Positions 25,701-38,070 of a stretch of 64,000 nt of DNA are shown here, piece by piece (the first letter of the stretch is position 1; each line of letters starts with the position of its first letter). The stretch is from Camelus dromedarius (taxonomy: Eukaryota), in contig NC_087437.1 of the NCBI RefSeq assembly GCF_036321535.1, positions 109,430,001 through 109,494,000 on the forward strand, in the 5' to 3' direction. The position numbers and the translations under genes were made by a program. The notes beneath the pieces were generated by a model. It was given only the letters and a program-made list of their open reading frames with translations, had not been told where the DNA came from and searched no databases.

Positions 25701-27204
25701 CAGTTTTAAGATACTGAATTTGGAATGGGCAGTGCTAATAATAGCACTGTTACAAAAATAATACATTTTGTGCTATCCATGCAGTATCTCATTTAAGGCA
25801 GCGACTAGAATATCTTTCATTTAATGGGTTAAGTGAACAAACATTTAAAGACATCAATGATTTGAGATTTGAACCCAGATATATGTGATTTCAGAGCTCA
25901 AGATTTAGGCTCCTTTTTTTTTTTTTTGCAGTGGAGGGGAAACACAGTTAATATTTATATCTGGATAGAAACCCCTTTTATGAGATTAATAAGCCAGTGA
26001 TTTTAAAGTTAAACAATACGTTGCCCTACAATAAAGCATGAAAGAGTTTTGTTAAGTGGAAAATGATAACTTTAATCACAAGGGGGCTGCCAGAACTTCT
26101 GCAGATGAAATTGTTCTACCAGGCAGTCTTACCGGTCCCTGCTGGCTGAGAGAGCGCATCATTCTCTTAATGCCACGGCACAAGAATTTAGACAATTCCT
26201 TTTTAAGTGGGTATGTGAAAGCAAGCCACTTATAAGTTATCTGGGTCACAAAAATGAAATACACGGCCAACCTGGCTTTCTTAAAGCATTGCCGAAGGCA
26301 CTGACCCTTTTGCTGCTTCCTCCAGACAAGCAGCAATTCAATCCTAGCAGGTGTTTCCTTTCTTACGTGTCAGAGCTGATCTCTGAGAACAGCAGAGAGT
26401 GACTTTACAAATAGAAAGGAAGACAAACTTTCCCCAACATGTGTGTGCATGCATACAGACCTGTCCACCCACCTAATTTTTCCCCGCTCCAGCTTAAAAG
26501 ATTTTAAAAAGAAGGTACCTTTATCAAGCAAACATTACAAGTCACTGCCATTGTATTGTCATACATATGACAAAATGGGCTGTCTTGAAACTATGTACTC
26601 AGGTGTGGCAGCTTAAAAAAAGGACTAAGTTCCCAGTCATTAATGACTCATATATTATACCCGATGGATTCTTGGAATTTCTGTTAGCCCGTCAGACCAA
26701 AAGTTCTTTGAGTGAAAATAAAATACCTGTTATTTAAACAAACCAATCTGCCCACCTGGCTCTTGCTGAACACCTGCTGTATGCTTAACACGACATCAGA
26801 GAGTAAGGAGAACACACCAATATAAGACACGGTCTATACCACAAAGATCTTATAGGAAGTATATTGGGAGATAAAAGGCTATCCAAAAAGTGGTGAACAA
26901 AAATATATATAAGACACTAAATGCAGACAAAGGAGGGCAGAGAGGCTGACGGAGTTTGGAGCAGGAGCTGTTGGTAATGGCTGGAGCTTTGGGGAAAGCA
27001 GATTCCACGCAGGGAGGAGGGAGAGAGGGACAGTGGGCTCTGTTGAGAGGATGCTGAAGAGTCAAGATGCTGACATGACAGTGAATTCTTTGGTTTTCTC
27101 CCACGACAACTCTCAGGCCAACAACTGGTTTGCAAAAGGAGGTCCGTGATCTCACTAAAAATGAATATTGTGAGGGATGAGCTGTGGGGACCATCACGTT
27201 GAAT

Positions 27205-27325
27205 GCTGCCATTTCACAGGTCAGGAAAGTGAAGCAGGGTGGTGCTAAGTGCTGCGTTCAGGATCACGTAGCTGATTAGTGACAGAAATGGACTTGGAAA
27301 CCCCGGAAGTGTGACCCCGATTCAA
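27205..27325 (-). mobile_element. MIR SINE fragment
   Basis: ttcacaggtcaggaaagtgaagcag...caggatcacgtagctgattagtgacagaaatggacttggaa. Confidence 0.7.
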
Positions 27326-28394
27326 ACAATTCTTCTTGTACTTACGCTTCTAAGTGGTACTTACCTTCCTATAAATTTAGCTGACCTGGTCTGAAGAGTA
27401 GGAAAGTCACAGTCAATTCTTTTCAGTCAGTCTATTGATCAGGGGCCTGAAGCAAGTACCCAAATTGAATTTAGACTTCACTAATTTGCTGAAGCCTGAA
27501 ATGGAACAAACTCGTATTTAGTGGTACCTGGATCTGATCGTCACTTTGCTCGACTACTGATGTGTACTAATTGGCTGTATTTTCAGTACCATTGAGATTC
27601 AACCACCTTTTGCAAGACTGCTTGAAGACATGGGGGTGAGAAGTTCTATAACTCCTTGGATGTGTTTTCTATTGGTTTTCATATATACGTAAATACAGAT
27701 ATTTACAACTACATATCTACAGACAGAGGCACAAACATTTTTTCAGAAACAATTCTGAACTCAGGAATTATTAGAGGAAACAAATGTTGCTCTTCCACTA
27801 ATTATAACCCAGCAATAATTACAACCTAGGGTTCTACCAGACGTTATTTCACAAAGAATTTCTATGACTTGTTCTTTTTTTTTTCCCTAGAGGTAGCATT
27901 CCTTCAAGTGCCACTTCATCAGTCTCTGTGAGAGCATGTAAGCCACGTTTTCCACGTGGAAATTCAAAGGTACAAGGGACCCTTACGTAGATCTTGGCAT
28001 TTGTTTCTCTCTGATGGAACAGTGGACGGAGTCGTTTCAGAGCTGAGATTTTTCTCTAGTCATGCTAATAATGAGCAGAAATAGCTCTCCTCAATGGCAG
28101 GACACTCGGGAGGAACTAGGGGATGCCCTCACAAGAACAAGAAAATCTGACTTTTCAACTATCTCCCAATCCAAAAACTGGAGTCAGAGCTCTCTCCCTC
28201 TTTTTATATCTCAGTGTCATTAAGCCCTGCTGTTGGCCATTTAAAAAATGTTTTTATGATCTTCCCTCCTCATTATGTCTCTGCCATCACCTTGACTTAA
28301 GGCTTAAATATTACATGCCTTCAATAAGCATCAGGCTGGTTACTTTTGTCTCTTGACAGTGGACTTGATTCCTCCATCCCATCTCTCTCTCTTT

Positions 28395-28398
<4 letters not shown>

Positions 28399-28442
<44 letters not shown>
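28399..28442. repeat. (CA)22 microsatellite preceded by a short (CT)n
   Basis: Perfect CA run. Confidence 0.95.
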
Positions 28443-28445
<3 letters not shown>

Positions 28446-30782
28446 CCCACAGTGGAATGACTTATTCTTCAAGAAAAATATTGCTTTCATTACTTTCCTG
28501 CTCGGCAAACTATTGTACCAAGTGAAAATCATTTTGTCAGGCTTTCATCCTCCTCCACTCACCCTCTGACATGATTTATTGTGCGTGATGCTCTCTGTAT
28601 TCCGTATAGGCTTCTAGGATCGCCTTTGTGGTTTGCTTCAGGCTATTCACACAGCCTGAAATACAGTTTCACCCCTCCATGTCTATACCAACCATAGAAA
28701 TAGAGACTCTGAAACATCCCTGTTTACCTGTCTGTTATCTGAGACCCATTTCAAGCTCTGGGTCTTCTAAGAAATGGATCTTGACAAATCTAGCCAACGT
28801 AAAGTATCTACTGACTTATTTTCTCAGTTACAACTTAGAATTTAGTCCCTTATCTTTTTTAAAAATATTTTCACATGACTTATAATCAGTTGTATATTCC
28901 TTAGGGGGACAGAGTGTTTAGCATCCTTAGTCTTATAGCTATGAAAGATGCTCATTAATTGATTATCAAAGCCCTCATGCAAACAGTATAATTGCATTAC
29001 ATAATGCTGTGGTTATATTCAGACCCTAAGGCTGGGTGAGATGTAGAGGTTTGGGAGCTAGGTGAGCTGAATGGAATCCCTTAATAGACAGTGTTGTAGT
29101 CAAATGCAAGAGAAGGTTAGTGTAGGAATCTAGGACCTCTTCTTGTAAAGTAACCACAACTCCATCCTCCAACTTTCCGTGGTCTTCTAAGTGAGGTTAG
29201 GTCCATAACTATCTTTATTTATTTATTTATGTTTAAAAATAATTTTATGAAATGCATAAAGGGTATTTTGACAAGTCAGAAAATGCCATAGTTATGGTTC
29301 CTGCAGGGCTAATGTATTCATCTTTCACAAGCTAAATGTTAAGGCATATATCTAAGTGCCAAACTAATTAGCAATTATATGCACCTCATAAGCAAATGAT
29401 CATCTCACAACTACAGTCTTCCCATTTCCTGGCTCCTGTCCTCAGAGCAGAATTCAGAAAAGTATCAGCAACCTGCAGGGCAATGCTCTGTGTTGAGTTG
29501 AGAGATTCGGGACTGAGCTGCTCTGTGAGCATTTAGGGAAATGCTGGATATAGGTTAGTAAGAGGGATCATGGTCTTTCTTTGGGGCAGGCCTTGGGGCA
29601 GCACGTATCTGGCCCTATGTGTACTTTGCAGAGCTGTGGAGGCTGGATTAGCTCCCTTCCCACCTCTGTGAAGATGTTGTCCAGCTCTGTCCAAATCCAT
29701 GATTGGCTTACTGTCTCAGAGAACTGGTAGGTTAGGGGACAATGTCTTTTATCTTCCTACCAACAAATAGGCTATAATTTTCCTATACTCACCATCCTTC
29801 CCCATCCCATTATCTAAGCAATAGACCCCATTCCCAGACATAAGGATGTACATATGGTCGAGGCTGACCCTGCAGACTCATTCGCAAATTTTTTCTATCT
29901 GGAGTCTGTAAGAAAGAGATACTTTCCACTTCCATCGTGGAATTTGAGGAGAAGGAAAAGAACCGACTGCAGCCGTGAATCCGGCATCATGTGGATAGAG
30001 CTTGTCTGGGAGAACAAAGCTGATATATGAAGGCAGAGGATTTGGATAGGAACAGAAGGTTACAATGACATTAGATCTTCTGATGCCCATCATTTTGAGT
30101 CTTTCCAAAGCCTGGCCTCTCAGATCTTCTTTTGAATGTGGGATTTACCTCTTTATCTTGAAAATAACTCCTTCAAACATCCATTTCCCCTCTAATACAC
30201 ATCTCATTCATAATCAAAGAAAACTGTCTAAAACATCAGCTAAGGCCAGTGAGAAAAAATTTAAGCTATATTTTCACCTGAGAAAAGGAGATTCCAGAGA
30301 TTTGCCACTTATCCTTTTCCATCAGCACGTCTAGTTTCCATACCTGCCTTGAGTGTTTCATGAGGAGAATTGTGGGCTTCATGGAGACGGCTTTAATTAG
30401 AATAGAGGGTATGGGCCATTTTCAACTTTGATTTAAAAAAAAAATAAAAACAGAACCACAGCTTTCTTCAGTAAGTATAATATTATTTGAATGGAATGAA
30501 TGTAGAATCTGAATCTAATTACAAAGTCACCAAAGGATAATATCAGGATACTGGGGAGTAAGGTGAACTGCTTTCAGTTTAATTGTTAGTCTTTCTCTAC
30601 AAAAGGAATGGCATTCTACATTCTCATTCTATGAACAAGTGCTAAGAATAAGAACTGTATGAGTTTGGGAGCCTCCCCACGTCATCCCCCTAGCACGCAA
30701 ATCCCATTTAGTATGTGTAAAAATAAAGGCATCTGAAGGAAGTTCATTATGCACTGAGGCCATCGAAAATGATGATCGCTAA

Positions 30783-31008
30783 GAATTGTATAATATTTAC
30801 TATATTCCAGGTAGTATCCTAAGTTTTCCACAGAGATGATTTCATTTTATTCTCATAACAGTCTTATAAACTCTTATTACCCTCACTTTACAGATTAGAA
30901 AACTGAGGTAGAGAGAGTTTAATTTGGCTAAAATTATGCTGCTAGTGAGAAATAAGAGGCCAAATTCAGATGCAGGGAGTTTGGCTCCAGAGCCTGTGCT
31001 CCTAACTG
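30783..31008 (-). mobile_element. MIR SINE, near full length
   Basis: ttacagattagaaaactgaggtagagagag...tttggctccagagcctgtgctcctaac. Confidence 0.85.
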
Positions 31009-31199
31009 ATTTTACTTCTCAAAGTCAGGCTCTTAGGTCATGGAGTAGACACTTCTGGTTGCTTACCCAGGACTCTATTTCCTGCACTTTGTCTTTCTCA
31101 GAAGTTCCTAGGTTTTTGTGAGGGTGTGCAGTCCATGAACTTTATAGGAAGCTCAGCCTACTCCACACTACAGGAATGAAACCTGGGTGGTGAAATCCA

Positions 31200-31570
31200 G
31201 TTGGTACACACTTTTCTCCCAGCCACAGCCGTTAGCTCCAGAGTGGTCCTGGGACTTCAGAGAGCCACAAGGGGCAAATCCCAGACTTGTTATTGGAATG
31301 CTAGAGCAGACCCTTGCTCTCCCAATCACAAGCAGTGTGGTATGTGGCTATGAAGCGTGGAACTGTTGCAGCCACTTTGCCACCATGAGGGAACCAGTCT
31401 AGCATGTAGCTAAAGGTGAGGAAGGCAGAGAAAAGTGACAGAAGTCACCAGGTCCTTCATGACATCATTGAGCCGTTGATCAGACTGACCCTGAAGTCTG
31501 ACCTCCCATGAACTTCTAGTGTAGTGAGTGTGAGCTAATAAACCTGCTTTAGAAGTTAAAGCTCATTTGA
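31200..31570 (+). mobile_element. Old ERVL/MaLR solo LTR (MLT1J/K or LTR16/33-like)
   Basis: gcagccactttgccaccatgagggaaccag...atgacatcattgagccgttgatc...gagctaataaac. Confidence 0.7.
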
Positions 31571-33655
31571 GCAGACCAAATGTAGTCTAATTCACCTGTC
31601 TTTTTATACTGTGAGGACGAATAAGAAATTGGTAGTGTTCTTCTGGTGGATAAACAACTTCACTAGAGTGAGTGGAGTAAGAATTAGATACCTTTTAAAG
31701 CCACATTATTTCAGGTCCATAGTCATAACATAAGTTTTTGCTTTCTAAATGTTTGTTAATGTAGATTAGAGATGGCCAATACATGGGGAACCAACCTTCC
31801 CCCTTCTGACACCCATAGCAGACATCGCTCATCAGCCACAACAGTGCTTCTGCTGAGACAGCATTCTTTCTCTGCATTGTGCTTGAGGTAACCACAATCA
31901 GAAGAACAGGGTTTGTAAAGGAAATTTGTGTTCACTGATCTAGGTAATCACGGATTTTTACTACAATATAAAGTTGGTAATTTTGTGGAAATACTTCACT
32001 GTAAATCACCTTACTCTGTAAGAACACTATTATAGTTGGAAGTTGCATTGTCATCTAAGGAAGCAAACATGCTCTCAATCACAGAATAATGGGAAGTGTG
32101 ACATAAAAACACAACTCAGCTATAAACCTTTGTAATAATTTAAAATAAATAATCAAATTGTGCTCTGAAGCCTTTAAAAAGGACCTAAATTTACTGTATA
32201 TATTTATTTTATGAGGCATCCCAATATACTATGAATGACACTTCCAGCTTATAAAATTATAATTCTTCTGCATTATAAATTTTACACAAAATGAATCCAT
32301 AACATGATATAAATATTAATTGAATTTTTAATTGACATCACTATTTCCATTTAGATAGGTCTTTTTGGTATGATTGGGTGGCCCAGGTCATTCAAAAACC
32401 AACCAATCAGTCAGTCAATAACAAACCAACTATTCTGTTAAATTTCAGAGGTCTTTTTACTCCCAACAAAAAGACCCGATAGAAAACAGACAAACCCAGA
32501 AGCATTCCTCTGATATTATAGCAATACTCAGATTAGTAGGTTTATGCTGATGGTCATGACATTTTTTCTCATTAAAATTCTCATTAAAACTTGATTTCTT
32601 TTGACCCTCTCTTGTCCCATCAACTATAGAAGTAGTTATTCCACAGCACTGAAATATCAGTCCTAAGGGGTATCATACACATTGACAATCACTGTTAAAA
32701 GGTCTTTTAAACAGTTTATCTAGAGAACAATACCATAGTCCTTCATCAAGTAATTACAGCAATCCAGCATTAATTCACATGTAAATTATGAATACCATGG
32801 ACTGGGTGCTGTTTTAGGCATTGTGAACATGAAACAGTAAATGAAATGCACATACTCCTTTCCCAAGGGGACTTATCCTGGTATTTGTTCAATGGAACAA
32901 AAGTCAATACAAACAAAAATTCATCATGAATGTCTGTCTACCCGTACTCCATTTGGAATTTTTAAAGATTTTACAAAAAACGTTTGCTGTTACTGTTGGG
33001 CATGATCTTGAAAACAGATGTATTTTAATATCCCAAGCCATATTTTAATAGCTCTTGCCTTTCTTCTTTGAGTGGCTTCCTCATCTCCTTTTTCATGCCA
33101 CTCGATTAAGATACACAACACAGTCCTCACAGCCTTCCTGCTCTTGGGTCTGAATACAGCAGAACACCATGTGTCCACAGTCAACCTGGTGCCTTACACC
33201 TGGCTCAACAGTTCAAGAAAAGGATCGAAGCTTATTTGAAAGCTCTTGCTCGTGACCTGGTAATGAACTGTGTTTATGGAGCTCCAGTGGTGTAGGAGCT
33301 GTGTCACTTCCCTGCGGCAGCTGTGGGGTGTGAGAAGGAGATCTTAGCTGTGTGCACAATTTTCCAGTAGCAGCACAGCTTTGATCTGATCCTCATAGCC
33401 TTCTAAGCAGTGGTACCTCTGGTTGCGATGGAACTGGGGAGGCAAGAGAGGATGGTTGTCCCAGAGGGAGCCGTGAAGCTTGACTGCTCATTCTTCCTCT
33501 TGCAGATGTTTCTGTGAGGTCAAGTTGCTAGTACCTCTGTCCTGCTCAGGCAATTATAGCTCCTTCCTTCACAGAGCTATCCAGATGGCCTGCATGGTTG
33601 ATCTGGTGATGTTCTTATTCTAAGATAGAGGACTTGTCCTATGGTGACATTTTTT

Positions 33656-33811
33656 NNNNNNNNNNNNNNNNNNNNNNNNNNNNNNNNNNNNNNNNNNNNN
33701 NNNNNNNNNNNNNNNNNNNNNNNNNNNNNNNNNNNNNNNNNNNNNNNNNNNNNNNNNNNNNNNNNNNNNNNNNNNNNNNNNNNNNNNNNNNNNNNNNNNN
33801 NNNNNNNNNNN
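33656..33811. other. Assembly gap, 156 N
   Basis: Run of N, preceded by a T run. Confidence 1.
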
Positions 33812-34097
33812 ATTGAGCTCAAAATTTGAGCATTCTATGAGGAAAGTAGCCAGGAATTAATTAGTTCTGCCTTCCTTCCCTTTCTCCCTCCCACCCTCTC
33901 TCTCTCTTTCTGTTTCCCTCTCTCTCTTTCCAACTGAATTCATGAATTATCTTTTCTCACTTTTCTGTCCATGAAATTTAGTTTCATACAGGCCATTTTT
34001 GTACCCAAAAGGTAGACAGAGATTGTACTTTTGTTTAAGGAACTAAGAAAAAATGCCTAACATATGTAAAAGTGGAATTATTATTAATAGAGTTTGC

Positions 34098-34492
34098 ATG
34101 TCAAACACTGGTTAGCTGTTCACCAATCTCATTTCCTTTTCTTTCAGAATGTTTTGGCTATATTTCCCTGCTTCCTTTCTAAGTAGGTATGACCATTTGA
34201 TTGAGCTCTAAAAAATGCAGTGTATTTGGAAGTGATATGCACCACTTCCACTCTGGCTTATTAAAACCTTTCTACACATGATCTACCAAGCTGGATGCAG
34301 ACAAGCCTGGAAATGGTGGGAGACACACAATAAAAAGAACCAGGATCTGGAAATCACATGTTAAGGAGAGGTAGACATCAGTTAGAATCACCTGCTTTGA
34401 GCCTCGGGGAGCTGGGAAAGAAAAGACTGTAATTGGCCATTACACATTAGGGGAATTATTTGCTACAACAGCTAGTGTCATCTTAACAAACA
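34098..34492 (+). mobile_element. MaLR solo LTR, MLT1H/I-like
   Basis: ggaagtgatatgcaccacttcc...ttatttgctacaacagctagtgtcatcttaacaaaca matches an MLT1 3' terminus. Confidence 0.7.
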
Positions 34493-37309
34493 CAGTTAGT
34501 ACCTATATTAGGATCAAAACCTAAAGACTAAAAGTAGAGGCAATCAACTAACTTTCAAGTGAAGATGTTTACTCTAAAAATTATCTTTTAAAAGATAGGT
34601 TTCAAAATCTATAATTACAGCAAAATATAGCAATAAAGCAGGGAACTGAAGAACCAATTTGTCAACACATATTTTATGTACAACAAAACAAGCTTGTTAT
34701 TACATAAGATCCTCAGACCCTTCCAGGACCAGATCCATCCACCATTTTTCTCTCGTGGATTCAGAGCAGGGGAGAGCACTGCAGTAGTTTTTATTACTTT
34801 CTCAGGCTGAGTCTGGAGTATCGGCACACAGTGAGTGTCCAGGTTGAGTTATGCATTTCCTGATGGCCTTGTCAGTGGCAACAGGGCTTCCTCATCAGAA
34901 GGCTTAGCCCGTTTCCATGGTGATAGATCCTGGGCACACCTGACGTCTCCTCCCTGAGGGGCTTGGTGAGGGGCAGGGTGACTTTTCAAAAGGAAGATGT
35001 TAAGTCATAGGATGAGGAAAATAAAGGGTCACTGGGCACTCAGACTTGGCCTCTTCCCCACTGGATCTGATGCTGTCCTACTGGGAATGACAGATGAAAA
35101 AGGAAAGGCAACAGAGCGTGGATTCCCGTTGCCAGAGAAATTTCCAGAATAAAGGAGGGAAGTTTTGTTTTCAAGTCAGAGCTGAAGTGACTGACAAGAA
35201 TTTGTGAGGCCCGGGAGAAAGCTCGAGATGGATTGATTCCACTCTCCAACCCTTGTGGTTTTGGCTCTCAGATGTGAGAGCAGAACTTTATTGGTGAGCT
35301 CCAGTGATCTCCTCCCATACTGAGTAGCTGGAAATGAATCAAAGCTGGCAAGAGCTGAAAAGTGAGTAGGCATGCCTCTGGCTCACAAGCGAAATATACA
35401 GTTTCTGAATAAATACCGACTGGCAGCCTCGAGAATGGAACTTGTCACTATGGGCTAGCCTTTGTTGGAGATTATTCTACACCAATTAGATACGCTGTAT
35501 GTATTAGAGTAGTTACCAGGACAGGCAAAGGAAAGACCTGTTAAGAAGAAGGGTTGTCTATATATTAGCGAATGAGTAGGAGTCACATAAAGCAAGGCCA
35601 ATTTCTTTTTGAAGCTCTGGTAGCATTCAATGCCAGTGCTCCTCATTCATGCTTTGGCTCCTTCCAGAAGCATTAGAGGGAATTGTGTGTTTGTAATACA
35701 TGGTGCTTATCCATAATTCCTTTTGAAAATGTGTCTTTCTGATTTTCGGCTTTCAGAGTTAGCCAGCCCCTCCAGGGGTCACAGACATTCAAGGTGCAGT
35801 TTGTAATTTTCCTCAAACCTCCTCTCCTGCCCCTGCAATGTGTTGGATGAGTTGGAACAAAAATGTGGAAAAGTAATGTACATACTTGAAACACACAGAG
35901 ACAGTCAAGGCTCCTTCAAGTTCAAGGATCCTGATGTGCCCTTTGGATCTCACAGGATTAGCTAAAGATCGCATTCTCCCTTGTGTTCCTATTTTTTTTC
36001 TCTCTCTCAGACCATCTTTTTCCTCAACTCAAATTTTTCTTAGTAATCGCAATTTATCAAGTGTATTGTTTTCTCATTCGATACGTCCCTTTCAATGCAC
36101 GTTACAGAAGCATAACGGAAAGTGGAAAGAAACACGATGAAAAGCATTGTAATTTTATCTAATATTTAAAAAGCAATGATTTTGTTACAGGTAAGACAGT
36201 GTAATCAGACATAATTAGCTAATATATTTCCCATTTCCCTTCTTTAAAGTCAGTTGATCTTGTTTTGCTAGGTATGTCAGTCTTTGGGAACACAAGTATG
36301 TTACACCTTCTCAATCATGCTTTTTCTCTTCCATGTATTGAATCCAAGAGAGAGAAACGTGTGAAGCTGGAAATCTCAGGAATTTTAAACAATAGCAGCG
36401 TAATAGCAGGAAAGCTTAGAGAGCGAGTGAAAAAAGATAGAAGGGGCAGCAGCTGACTCAAAATTCTGCCCTGATGCTTGGCTTCAGCCCCACCTGCCTG
36501 AAGTGTTCATTAAACATCCATTATCATTCCTGTGTTTGAGGACATCCCCATTGCCAGGGTCACAGGCTTCAACAACAGCAAACGTGGTGTGGCAGCTGGC
36601 TTAACTCTGGGAACACGACATGCCCCCAAAGTAATAACATTTCTTATTTAAAAAGGAAGATATCTTTAAGCATCCCTTCACTTCCCCTCTGAGACTGACA
36701 GGCAATTTTGACTGTTTAGTTTTACTTAGCACCGACGAATGACTCTATTTCATTCAGCTTCAGGATAATTTGGTGGTGCACACTGCCACTGGCACGGAGG
36801 GGAAGTGTAAGTGAAGAGCGTCATTAGAGGCATTCCAGAGCCAATCGTGGTGAAATTAGAGTCTTTGGAAACGAAATCAAGCCTTAGTTTCCAAGAAGGG
36901 ACGCCAGACAAGAAGATAGTAATGCGAAATTGGCTGAATGAGCCCTAGCTTTCAAAGCACTAGACAAGGTCAGAAAACCAAAGTTTAAATTATGTTTTCC
37001 CTCATGTGTGCACTCTGTCCATAATAACTAGTTAATGAGCATATTGGTATTTACCCCGTGTCTGTTTACTTCTAGAAAGCATGATTTCATTCAGTTTTGC
37101 AATTGTGGGTGCACAAATACAGTGCTAGTTGGTGAATTGCTTAATTCTCTTTACTTGGACTGTAAGTAGATTTTAAGTACAGCCTAGCAAATACTAACTG
37201 GGGCCAAATAAAACGTTGCTTTCTGTTTCCCAGATCCCCCTCTCTATTTTGATTATGGTCAATGGGGTTTAATAGACTTTTCTATCTGCATTCTGTTTGC
37301 ATCTATTCT

Positions 37310-37675
37310 ATCTAAAGACCTCTTCTCCTGTAGCCTCAGATGGTTTGCTTTCTTCCTGTATCAGGTCTCCGTTGAAATGTCACCTCCCCAGAGATGGCTT
37401 CTCAAACTGTCCCGTTTAAAATGATTCATCAACTTCCAGTCATTCTTTATGCCTCACCTGATTTATTTTCTTTGTGTCAGTTACTTCTGTATGAAACAAC
37501 AATACATATCATTTCAACTACTTTCTTTAATTTTCTACTTCTCCCAAGAGAAACTAAGCTCTTTGGAAACTTTGCCTGTCTTCTTCACTGCTGTAATCCC
37601 AGTTTTTGGAATGGAACCTAGAACTTGGTAGGGTTCTTCACTTATTCAGCAGATCAAGGAAAGAATAAGGGAAAG
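37310..37675 (+). mobile_element. L2 3' end
   Basis: aaatgtcacctccccagagatggcttctc...aagctctttgg...cttcactgctgtaatcccag...ggaacctagaacttggtagg. Confidence 0.8.
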
Positions 37676-37759
37676 AGAATAACTGGAAAGTTAAGAGTGA
37701 TGATGCGTATCAAATTCCCAGTCAAATAACCTCTAATTCTATTTTTCACCCTCTCACTC

Positions 37760-38070
37760 AAAAAAGCAAAGCGACATAGAAAAGAAACTTATGGTTACTG
37801 GTGGGTGGGGGGAAGGGGGTGGAAGGGGATAAATTGCAAGCTCGAGATTTGCAGATACTACCATATATGAAATAGATAAACAACAAGTTTATACTGATAG
37901 CACAGGGAATGATATTCAACACTTTTTAGTAACAGGGTGAAAAGAAGTTGAAAACAAATATATGTATGTTGATGTATGTCTGAAGTGTTGTGCTGTACAC
38001 CAGAAACTGATACAACATTGACTATACTTCAATAAAAATATATATAGTAAAAAAAAAAAAGAAAGCAAAG
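37760..38070 (+). mobile_element. Camelid L1 3'UTR, 5'-truncated, with TSD
   Basis: gacatagaaaagaaacttatgg...tgtgctgtacaccagaaactgatacaacattgactatacttcaataaa, then polyA; TSD aaaaaagcaaag (37760-37771) vs aagaaagcaaag (38059-38070). Confidence 0.9.

Noticed and set aside
26850-27212. 120-aa minus-strand ORF next to a TATATAA motif (about 26905)
   Set aside because: Antisense of a purine-rich tract giving P/S/L-biased low-complexity sequence; no further promoter or coding support.
33367-33385. tagcagcacag, the start of miR-15/16/195 family sequences
   Set aside because: Only the first 11 nt match miR-195, the rest diverges, and I see no precursor hairpin.
37803-37828. G-quadruplex-like tract
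   Set aside because: The ordinary G-rich tract of the L1 3'UTR; a known feature, not locus-specific.
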